DNA of 64,000 nt from an uncultured Thermoleophilia bacterium (GTDB lineage: Bacteria > Actinomycetota > Thermoleophilia > UBA2241): positions 2,069 to 66,068 of the forward strand of contig CAVQLY010000016.1 in NCBI GenBank assembly GCA_963713475.1, in the 5' to 3' direction. Under the pieces are notes generated by a model. The model did not search any database, had not been told where the DNA came from, and worked only from the letters and a program-made list of their open reading frames with translations. The translations under genes and the position numbers were made by a program. Positions 32,316 to 39,976 of this stretch are shown here, piece by piece. The number at the start of each line of letters is the position of its first letter. Within the stretch, counting starts at the first letter, position 1.

Positions 32316-33850
32316 TTGCCTCCCTTCTCGTCGTCCTGGATGTGGCCGCCGACCCAGCCGCCGCCCTCGGGGCGGTTGATGGTGCCGCCGGCCGGCTTGT
32401 TGAAGTCGGGCATGGCGTCGTCGGTCTGCTGGCCGGGCGTGAAGATGCCCGCCCCGCCGCCGACGCCGGCGCCGCCGGCTACCGCGACGGACGGCTCACC
32501 GCGAGCCGTGAACCGGCTCTCGCTCGAGCTGTCCTCGCGCTTGCGGAGCTTGGGATCGAGGACTTCGTCGTACGCCGTGCCGATGAAGGTGAAGGCGAGC
32601 ACGACGAGGATGATGGCGATGCCCGGCGGGAGCAGGTACCACCACGCCGGGAGACCGGCGGCGCCGTTCACCCAGGCGTAGTGGAGCATGGTGCCCCAGC
32701 TGAAGTTGAGCGGGTCGCCGAGGCCGAGGAACGAGAGCGTCGTCTCCGAGAGGATGGCGATGGCCACGACGAGCACGAGGTTGGCGAAGATGAGCGGCAT
32801 CACGTTGGGCAGCACGTGCTTGGTCATGATGTGCCGGTTGCTCGAACCGATCGCCTTGGCGCGCTCGATGAAGCTCAGCTCGCGCACGCGCAGCACGTCC
32901 GAGCGTACGACGCGCGCCGTGCCGGGCCAGCTGGTGATACCGATGATCAGGATGATCATCCAGTAGTTCTGGCCCCAGGCGGCGGCGAGCACCATCGCCA
33001 GCGGCAGCCACGGGATGACCAGGAATGCGTCTGTTAAGCGCATCCATCCTTCGCCTTGCCAGCCTCCGTAGAAGCCGGCCGCGATGCCGATGCCGGCGCC
33101 GAGGACGGTGGACATGAAGGCGGCCAGGAGGCCGACCATGAGCGAGATGCGCGCGCTCCAGATGAACTGGGCAAGCACGCTCTGCCCCACCTGGTCGGTG
33201 CCGAACCAGTTGTAGTAGTAGAACGTCGGCGGGTGGTAGGCGAGGAAGAACTCACCCGTGTTCGGGTCCTTGATCTGCGCGTTCGGGTCGAGCAACGCGT
33301 GATCGGCCAGGAACGGGGCGAACAGGGCGATGGCGATGAACACCACGAGGATCCCGAGGCCCACCATGCCCTGCCAGTTGGCGCGGTAGAGCTTCCAGAC
33401 CTGGTGCGTGTTCCAGGTGGTGAGCTCGGCGCGCTCCGGGTTGCCGACGGCCCAGAGCCAGACGCAGACGCCGCCAAGGATCACGACGACGGTCTGGATG
33501 GCCCAGTTGTACGAGATGTCGTTCGAGCTGCCGGAGAAGCCGCTGAAGCCGCCGCCGGCCAGCACGCCCCACACGAGGAGCACGACGCCCTCGACCAGGA
33601 GCATGACGTTGAACGCCTTGGCCTTGCTCCTGCGCAGGAGGCCGATGGCGCCGGCGATGAAGAAGACGACCGCCAGCAGGAGCAGGACCCACGCCGGGTA
33701 CGCGCCGACGCTGGCGGAGAAGAAGCCCTTGATCACCTCGGAGAAGCCGCTGGTGATGGGCACTGTCTTCGGATACGTGAGCAACTCCAGGACGCACCAC
33801 ACGATGATCGTCCAGAAGATGACCCAGTTCCGGAAGCGACGGGGGATCAT
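32312..33850 (-). CDS. ABC peptide transporter permease (DppC/OppC-like) with extra N-terminal TM bundle and Gly-rich C-tail
   Basis: ATG 33848-33850 overlaps the dppB-like stop (ATGA). The BPD core (FAPFLA...FGTDQVGQSV...ITSWPGTARVVRS) begins only near residue 160. Confidence 0.85.
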   Translation of the reverse strand: MIPRRFRNWVIFWTIIVWCVLELLTYPKTVPITSGFSEVIKGFFSASVGAYPAWVLLLLAVVFFIAGAIGLLRRSKAKAFNVMLLVEGVVLLVWGVLAGGGFSGFSGSSNDISYNWAIQTVVVILGGVCVWLWAVGNPERAELTTWNTHQVWKLYRANWQGMVGLGILVVFIAIALFAPFLADHALLDPNAQIKDPNTGEFFLAYHPPTFYYYNWFGTDQVGQSVLAQFIWSARISLMVGLLAAFMSTVLGAGIGIAAGFYGGWQGEGWMRLTDAFLVIPWLPLAMVLAAAWGQNYWMIILIIGITSWPGTARVVRSDVLRVRELSFIERAKAIGSSNRHIMTKHVLPNVMPLIFANLVLVVAIAILSETTLSFLGLGDPLNFSWGTMLHYAWVNGAAGLPAWWYLLPPGIAIILVVLAFTFIGTAYDEVLDPKLRKREDSSSESRFTARGEPSVAVAGGAGVGGGAGIFTPGQQTDDAMPDFNKPAGGTINRPEGGGWVGGHIQDDEKGGK

Positions 33851-34815
33851 GCCTGCACCCTTGGGTCGAGGTAGTAGTACATGATGTCGGCGATGAGGTT
33901 GGCGACGATCACGGCGATGCTCGCGATGAGGAACACCGCCTGCATCACCGGATAGTCGCGCTTCTGCATCGAGTCGTAGGAGAGCAACCCCAGGCCGGGC
34001 CAGTTGAACACGCTCTCGGCGAGGATCGCTCCCGACATCACGAAGCCGAGGTTCATCATCACGATGGTGACCGTCGGGAGCATCGCGTTGGGCACGACGT
34101 GGCGCCACAGGACGGCGTTCTCACTGAGCCCCTTGGCGCGGGCCGTGAGCGCGAAGTCCTCCTTCATGACGCCGGTGATGGAGCTGCGCATGATGAGGTG
34201 GTACTCCCCGACGTAGGCGATGGCGAAGGTGAACGCCGGCAGGAACAGGTGCTTCATCAGCGACTGGAAGGAGGCGAAGCCGCTGAGCTCGACACCCGGT
34301 TCCTCCATGCGCCCCGTCGGGAACCAGCGGAGCTTGGTGGCGAACAGCATGATCATCAGGAGGCCGAACCAGAACGTCGGCATGGCGTACAGGACCATCC
34401 CTAAGTTCGTACTTACCACGTCATAGGTACCGTTGCGTCTCCACCCGGCGAACACCCCCATGATCATGCCTACAACCGTGGCGAAGACCGTCCCCACCCC
34501 CACGAGCAGGACGGTGGGCCAGATGCGCTCGGCGACGACTTCCGTGACCGGGCGCTTTTCGGAGAACGACATGCCGAACTTGCCCTGCACGGTGTCGCGC
34601 CAGTAGTAGACGAACTGCTCCCACATGGGCTTGTCGAGGTTGAACGTCTTGCGCTGACGCTCGATGACCGATGGGTCGGTCTTCCCCTTGGGGAGAAGGA
34701 GCCGGGCGGGATCGCCCGGGAGGATGCGGAAGAGCGCGAAGTTGAACGAAGCCACGAGGATGATCGTGAGTACCGCGTTCAGCACCTTGCGAATGAAGTA
34801 GCGACGTTTGTCCAC
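33847..34815 (-). CDS. ABC peptide transporter permease (DppB/OppB-like)
   Basis: The protein shows YFIRKVLNAVLTIILVASFNFALFRILPGDP...EDFALTARAKGL. The start is tentatively GTG 34813-34815. A strong GAAGGAGG at about 34868 has no canonical start nearby, so the 5' end is uncertain. Confidence 0.8.
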   Translation of the reverse strand: MDKRRYFIRKVLNAVLTIILVASFNFALFRILPGDPARLLLPKGKTDPSVIERQRKTFNLDKPMWEQFVYYWRDTVQGKFGMSFSEKRPVTEVVAERIWPTVLLVGVGTVFATVVGMIMGVFAGWRRNGTYDVVSTNLGMVLYAMPTFWFGLLMIMLFATKLRWFPTGRMEEPGVELSGFASFQSLMKHLFLPAFTFAIAYVGEYHLIMRSSITGVMKEDFALTARAKGLSENAVLWRHVVPNAMLPTVTIVMMNLGFVMSGAILAESVFNWPGLGLLSYDSMQKRDYPVMQAVFLIASIAVIVANLIADIMYYYLDPRVQA

Positions 34816-35138
34816 TGCTCTGCGGATCCGCCCCGCGCCCGGCCCCGAACGCCGGCGGACCCTTGCCTCCTTCTCACTTCCGCGGTTGCCGGACCCCTGA
34901 TGGCTGCTGTGCTGGCACGCTTGTGGAAGACCCCGGACGGGGTCTCGGGAGGTTAGACGACAGCGGCGCGACGTTCCGTCGGCCGCCTGCGCGATCGGCG
35001 CCCGCAATGGTGACGACGGCCCAGCCTGTTGGACGTCTCGCCGTGTGCTACCCCCCTGGCGGCCCGGCGGCCCGCAGAGCGCGAGGCCGGGCTAGGGGGT
35101 CAGAATAGACGCAGCGGGGAGGCGCGGCAAGGCGGGGC

Positions 35139-36251
35139 TCACGCCCCGGGCAGCCGCGCCTCGCGTCCGGCGCGCCGCAGGACGCCGACGAGGCGGTCGA
35201 GCGGCAGCTCGTAGGCGGTGTTGCCGGAGCGCCCGACCGTGGTGGTCGCGGCGGTCAGCGCGTTGCAGACGCTCTCGGCGGTGGCGTCGACCGCCGCCTC
35301 GAAGAGCTCCGCCATGTGGTCGTTGGCGACCGCCGCGAGGGCGAGAAGCTCCGGTGCGCTGCGCGGCACGCGGTGCGCCGTGGTGAACGCCAGCATGATC
35401 TCGCCGCTGCCGTCCGAGGCGTACGATCCCGTCGCCGCGAGGCCCAACGCGCAGCGCTTGGCCATGCGCTCGCACTGCCGCGCGCTGAGCGGCGCGTCGG
35501 TCGCCAGGACGACGATGCAGGAGCCCTCCCGGTTCTCGAGAGGCATGAGATCGGTGATCTCGCGCCCGACGGGGACGCCGTCGATGCTGAGGCGGTGGCG
35601 CACGCCGAAGTTGGTCAGCGCCAGCACGCCCACCACGTAGTCACGTCCGTGGGCGGAGACGATCCGCGAGGACGTCCCGATGCCGGCCTTGAAGTCGAAG
35701 CACGACATCCCGGTGCCGGCCCCGACACAGCCCTCTGCCACGGGACCCTCCGAAGCACCGTCCAGCGCGGCGCGCACGTGCTCCTCCTTGACGTGCATGC
35801 CGCGCAGGTCGTTGAGGAACCCGTCGTCGCACTCGCCGACCACGGGCATCACGGCGTCCTCGAGGCCGGCCTGCGGCTGGTGGTCCATGATCCAGCGCAC
35901 CGTGGCGTCGTAGACGGCGCCGGCGCTCTGGGAGTTGGTGAGCAGGACCGGTGTCTCGACCAGGCCCCACTCGCGCACGGCGCTGATGCCGATGAGCTCG
36001 CCGACGCCGTTCGCAGCGTGCGCGCCGGCGACGACGCGCCCGTGCCAGATGTCGCCGCCGTGCGGGAAGACCGCGGTGACGCCCGTGCGGGCGGGCCCGC
36101 TGCCGTGCGGCAGTCCGGGCCCGCCCCACGAGACGGTGCAGTGGCCGACGCGCACGCCGGGCACGTCGGTGATCGCGTTGAGCGGCCCGGCCGGCAGCCT
36201 GCCGACGGCGACACCGAGGTCGCGCAGGCGGCAGCGCTCCGGCAGGGACAT
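35139..36251 (-). CDS. DmpA/S58 (P1) family aminopeptidase (L-aminopeptidase/D-esterase, beta-aminopeptidase type)
   Basis: 370 aa, with GPLNAITDVPGVRVGHCTV...GAGTGMSCFDFKAGIGTSSR...VLATDAPL. Confidence 0.8.
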   Translation of the reverse strand: MSLPERCRLRDLGVAVGRLPAGPLNAITDVPGVRVGHCTVSWGGPGLPHGSGPARTGVTAVFPHGGDIWHGRVVAGAHAANGVGELIGISAVREWGLVETPVLLTNSQSAGAVYDATVRWIMDHQPQAGLEDAVMPVVGECDDGFLNDLRGMHVKEEHVRAALDGASEGPVAEGCVGAGTGMSCFDFKAGIGTSSRIVSAHGRDYVVGVLALTNFGVRHRLSIDGVPVGREITDLMPLENREGSCIVVLATDAPLSARQCERMAKRCALGLAATGSYASDGSGEIMLAFTTAHRVPRSAPELLALAAVANDHMAELFEAAVDATAESVCNALTAATTTVGRSGNTAYELPLDRLVGVLRRAGREARLPGA

Positions 36252-36255
36252 GCTG

Positions 36256-37059
36256 CTACTCCAGGATGCCGGCGCGGTGAGCCTTGAGGTACGAGCCGCA
36301 GAAGTTGTCCTCGCCGCGGAGCGCCTCGACGGACTTGATGGTGGCCATCATCTGCTTGTTGCGCACGTCGACGATCAGGCCGTCGAGGCCGAGGCCCGCG
36401 CACATGGCGACGAAGGTGCGGTTGAGCAGGGCGCGGTTCGGCAGGCCGAAGCTGACGTTACTGAGGCCGCCGGTGGTGCGCACGGGGAGGCGCTCCTTGA
36501 CCAGCTTGAGCGTCTCCATGGTGATGCCGGGCGCGCTCGGGTCGGCCGAGACGGCCATGACCAGCGGGTCGATCCACAGGTCCTCGGCCGGCAGGCCGGC
36601 GCCGATGCAGAGGTCGTAGATCTGCTTCGCGACGGCGAAGCGGTCCTCGGCGGTCGGCGGGATGCCCTCATCGCTCAGGCACAGGCCGACGACGGGGCAC
36701 TTGTACTTCTCGATCATGGGCAGCACGGCGTCGATGCGCGGCTGCTCACCGCTGATCGAGTTGATGAACGGCACCTTGCCGCCCCTGTCGACGATCGCCT
36801 GCACGCCGGCGTCGAGCGCCTTGGGGTTGGCGGAGTCGACCATGAGCTGCATGTCGGTGACGCCCATGACGATGTCGATGAGCCACAGAAGGTCGGCCAC
36901 TTCGTCGCCGCCGGCGACGCCGCCGTTGACGTCGATCAGACCGGCGCCCGCGTCGATCTGATCCTTGGCCAGGGTCTTGATGAACTCGGCATCACGCGCC
37001 TGGATCGCCTCGGCGACCTGCTTGCGCGTCCCGTTGATCGATTCACCCATCAACAGCAT
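36256..37059 (-). CDS. pterin-binding methyltransferase, AcsE/MtgA-like (methylcorrinoid:tetrahydrofolate methyltransferase family)
   Basis: ATG 37057-37059 follows GGAGG. The product MLLMGESINGTRKQVAEAI...DVNGG...MVDSANPKALDAG...INSISGE...LWIDPLV...TTGGLSNVSFGLPNRALLNRTF aligns by eye along its whole length with AcsE-type MeTr proteins. Confidence 0.8.
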   Translation of the reverse strand: MLLMGESINGTRKQVAEAIQARDAEFIKTLAKDQIDAGAGLIDVNGGVAGGDEVADLLWLIDIVMGVTDMQLMVDSANPKALDAGVQAIVDRGGKVPFINSISGEQPRIDAVLPMIEKYKCPVVGLCLSDEGIPPTAEDRFAVAKQIYDLCIGAGLPAEDLWIDPLVMAVSADPSAPGITMETLKLVKERLPVRTTGGLSNVSFGLPNRALLNRTFVAMCAGLGLDGLIVDVRNKQMMATIKSVEALRGEDNFCGSYLKAHRAGILE

Positions 37060-37258
37060 CTCAACAACCTCCACGACGATTACCCGGGACGGACGACTGA
37101 AGAGTATATAGGCGGTGTGCCTGTGGCGCACCGCCTCCTGACCCGGCTGCGTCGGTGATCGCGGACCCTTGTGAACCAGGGAACCGGAACGGGCACGACA
37201 GCAGTCACGACGGAGTGGGGGAGGCGGCGCCGGGCGGCGCCCGTCGTCGCTCAGGCGG

Positions 37259-37495
37259 TCAGACGCCTTCGGGAGGCGGGACGATCCAGTCGGGACGCCG
37301 CCGGCGACGGTCGCCGCTGCGCCGCTCACGGACGGTGGAGCCCGGCAGTTCCCGGCGCCGCTCGGAGACCCGGCGGTCGATCCTGACCACGACGTCTCGC
37401 CCGTCGAACAGCGAGGCGAACCGGCGGTACAGCCGATCGCGCACCGGTCCTGTCACGAAGAGCACGTAGCGGTCAGATCCCGTGTCTGCAGCCAT
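37259..37495 (-). CDS. hypothetical small Arg-rich protein
   Basis: 78 aa from the internal ATG 37493-37495: MAADTGSDRYVLFVTGPVRDRLYRRFASLFDGRDVVVRIDRRVSERRRELPGSTVRERRSGDRRRRRPDWIVPPPEGV. Coding is supported only by GC3 bias. Confidence 0.4.
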   Translation of the reverse strand: MAADTGSDRYVLFVTGPVRDRLYRRFASLFDGRDVVVRIDRRVSERRRELPGSTVRERRSGDRRRRRPDWIVPPPEGV

Positions 37496-37565
37496 GCTCT
37501 CATGGTACCCCGCCGAGGGGGCCGCCGACACGACTCCGGCGTAGCCGGAGCTGGCCACGGCGGAC

Positions 37566-39008
37566 TCAGCCGTAGGTGATGTAGACCGTCTTGGTGCGCG
37601 TGTAGAAGTCGACCGCCGCCGGGCCCTGCTCCTTGAAGGTGTTGGCGCTCGACTGCTTGAAGCCGCCGAACGGCGCCTGCAGGGCGAGACCGGTGGTCGG
37701 CTCGTTCACCTTGACCACGCCGGCCTCGATGCGGTCGACGAAGCTCATGGCGCGGCGCAGGTCGTTGGTGCAGATGCTCGCCGCGAGGCCGTAGCCGACG
37801 GCGTTGGCCTTGTAGATCGCGTCGTCCAGGTCCCGGGCGCGGACGATGCCGATCACCGGGCCGAAGATCTCCTCCTGGGCCAGCCGGCTGTGGACGTCCA
37901 CCCCGTCGAAGACGGTGGGCCGCAGGAAGTGGCCGCCCTCGCCGGCCCTGCCGCCGCCGGCGAGGAGCTCGGCGCCCTCCTCGCGGCCGATGCGCACGTA
38001 GTCGAGGTCGGTCTCGAGCTGCTCCTCGCTCACGGCGGGGCCCATCTGGATGCCGCTCTCGAGGCCGTCGCCCACGTTGAGCGCGTTGGCGGCCTCGGCG
38101 AGCGCCGCGGCGAACCGGTCGGCGATGCCCTCCTCGACGATGACGCGGCTGGTGGCCGTGCAGCTCTGGCCGGTGAGGGAGAATCCGCCCATCACCGCGA
38201 GCTTCACGGCCAGCCCGAGGTCGGCGTCGTCGAGCACGATCGTCGGGTTCTTGCCGCCCATCTCGAGCTGGACGCGCGCGTAGTGCTCCGTCGCGCGCGC
38301 GTAGATGCTCGAGCCGGTGTCGTGCGAGCCCGTGAAGGTCAGGCCGCGAACCACGGGATCGCCGGCCAGCGCCCCGCCCACGACGGAGCCCGAGCCGGTG
38401 ACGAGACTGAGGACGCCGGCGGGCACGCCGGCGTCGACGAGGCACTCGACCAGGCGCAAGGCCGTGAGCGGCGTCGCCGACGCCGGCTTGAAGACGACGG
38501 CGTTGCCGTAGACGAGCGCCGGAGCGATCTTCCAGGCGGGGATGGCGATAGGGAAGTTCCACGGTGTGATCGCCGCGACCACGCCGAGCGGCTCGCGGCG
38601 GCTGTACAGCATCGCGTTGGGCGCGTTGGCGGGCAGGACGTCGCCGCCGATCCGCCAGCCCTCGCCGCCGTAGTACCTCAGGATGTCGCGCGCCCGCACG
38701 ACCTCGCCGGTGGCCTCCGCGAGCGTCTTGCCCTCCTCGCGAGTGAGCGTCCGCGCGACCTCATCGAGCCGCTCGGTGAGCAGTTCGGCCGCCTGGAAGA
38801 GGATGGCTCCGCGCGCCGGCGCCGGCGTGGCCGCCCAGGCCGGGAACGCCTCGGCTGCGGCGGCGACCGCCTGCGCCGTGTCCGCCGCGGTCAAGCTCGG
38901 GAAGACGGCGAGCACCTCGTCGGCGCGCGCCGGGTTCCTCGTCTCGAGACTGGCGTGGTCGCTCGCGCCGACCCACTCGCCGCCGACCAGGTTCTTGCAG
39001 CTCTCCAT
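37566..39008 (-). CDS. NAD(P)-dependent aldehyde dehydrogenase
   Basis: 480 aa, with the ALDH motifs FTGSHDTG, the Glu site LEMGGKNP and the Cys site GQSCTATSR. Confidence 0.88.
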   Translation of the reverse strand: MESCKNLVGGEWVGASDHASLETRNPARADEVLAVFPSLTAADTAQAVAAAAEAFPAWAATPAPARGAILFQAAELLTERLDEVARTLTREEGKTLAEATGEVVRARDILRYYGGEGWRIGGDVLPANAPNAMLYSRREPLGVVAAITPWNFPIAIPAWKIAPALVYGNAVVFKPASATPLTALRLVECLVDAGVPAGVLSLVTGSGSVVGGALAGDPVVRGLTFTGSHDTGSSIYARATEHYARVQLEMGGKNPTIVLDDADLGLAVKLAVMGGFSLTGQSCTATSRVIVEEGIADRFAAALAEAANALNVGDGLESGIQMGPAVSEEQLETDLDYVRIGREEGAELLAGGGRAGEGGHFLRPTVFDGVDVHSRLAQEEIFGPVIGIVRARDLDDAIYKANAVGYGLAASICTNDLRRAMSFVDRIEAGVVKVNEPTTGLALQAPFGGFKQSSANTFKEQGPAAVDFYTRTKTVYITYG

Positions 39009-39133
39009 CGTCCACCCCGCGGTCGCGATGTCTTCGGCCCACCTCGTCGCAACGATACTACGGACGGCTACGGTCGCGGCCGCTGCGCTCGCTGGAGGAA
39101 GGTCAGGCGAAGGGCGGCGATCCCCTCGGGACC

Positions 39134-39976
39134 TCAGCCGACCTCGGGAAGCGGCACCAGGACGCGATCCGAGAGGCGCAGCGTCTCGCGATACCCGGCC
39201 TCACGCGCGACCGTGATGGCCTCGTCCCACAGGCGACCGACGTGCTCGGCCTCGTGCGCGTCGGAGTCGATCACCAGTGGGATGCCGCGCCTGTGCGCGG
39301 CGCGCAGGATGGCCGGCGACGGATACATGACGCCGGCCGGGTCGCTGATGCGGTCGGTGTTGAGCTCGAGCGCGGCGCTCGACGCAGCCAGCGCGTCCAG
39401 CGCGGCCTCTATCTCCGGCTGGGCGGCCGGACCCGGGCGATCACCCCACAGGCTGATCCAGTCCATGTGGGCGAGCACGTCGAAGCGTCCCCACTCCGCC
39501 GCCCGGCGGACAGTCCGGTAGTAGGCGGCGAGCAGCGTGTCCGGATGGTCCCAGCGGGGGTCCGCACGCAAGGACGGGTCGTCGAAGGGGAACCCGTCCA
39601 CGACGTGGACGCCCAGCACGACGACGTCGAAGGGCCGGTCGTCCAGGAGCCGCCCGAGCTCCGCCTCCTGCCCCACGACGTACTCGGCCTCGATGCCGAC
39701 CAGCACGCGGATGTCCTCGTGCCGTGCCGCTGCCGCTTGGATCTCCTCGGCGTAGGCGTCGATACGCTCGAGCGGAACCCACCAGTCCTCGCCCGGGCCC
39801 GGGCTCGGCGAGATGTGGTCGGCGATGGCGATCTCGGGAAGGCCGAGCTCCACGGCCCGTGCCACGCAGTCCTCGACGCTCCCCGTGCCGTCCGACCAGC
39901 TCGTGTGGATGTGGTAGTCGCCGGGGAGGGCCGGGCTCGCGCCCGGGTCGCCCGGCCCGTCGCCCGCCGCCGTCAT
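39134..39976 (-). CDS. PHP-family phosphoesterase (histidinol-phosphatase HisJ-like)
   Basis: ATG 39974-39976 follows GGAGGA and overlaps the SBP stop (ATGA). The protein shows GDYHIHTSWSDG...IADHISP...GIEAEY...HMDW...DSDAH. Confidence 0.75.
   Translation of the reverse strand: MTAAGDGPGDPGASPALPGDYHIHTSWSDGTGSVEDCVARAVELGLPEIAIADHISPSPGPGEDWWVPLERIDAYAEEIQAAAARHEDIRVLVGIEAEYVVGQEAELGRLLDDRPFDVVVLGVHVVDGFPFDDPSLRADPRWDHPDTLLAAYYRTVRRAAEWGRFDVLAHMDWISLWGDRPGPAAQPEIEAALDALAASSAALELNTDRISDPAGVMYPSPAILRAAHRRGIPLVIDSDAHEAEHVGRLWDEAITVAREAGYRETLRLSDRVLVPLPEVG

Noticed and set aside
34863-35108. 81-aa plus-strand ORF in the DmpA/permease gap.
   Set aside because: It has Arg/Gly/Pro-rich composition, no RBS and the wrong strand for the surrounding operon, so it is probably spurious.
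37060-37258. Possible cobalamin riboswitch in the 200-nt leader of the MeTr-like gene.
   Set aside because: Only a partial resemblance to the B12 box was seen (minus strand GTCAGGAGGCGGTGC against AGYCMGGAGACCKGCC). I could not find the GGGAA / GGTG..AA.CC / GCCACTG core elements. A covariance-model scan would be needed, so it is not called.
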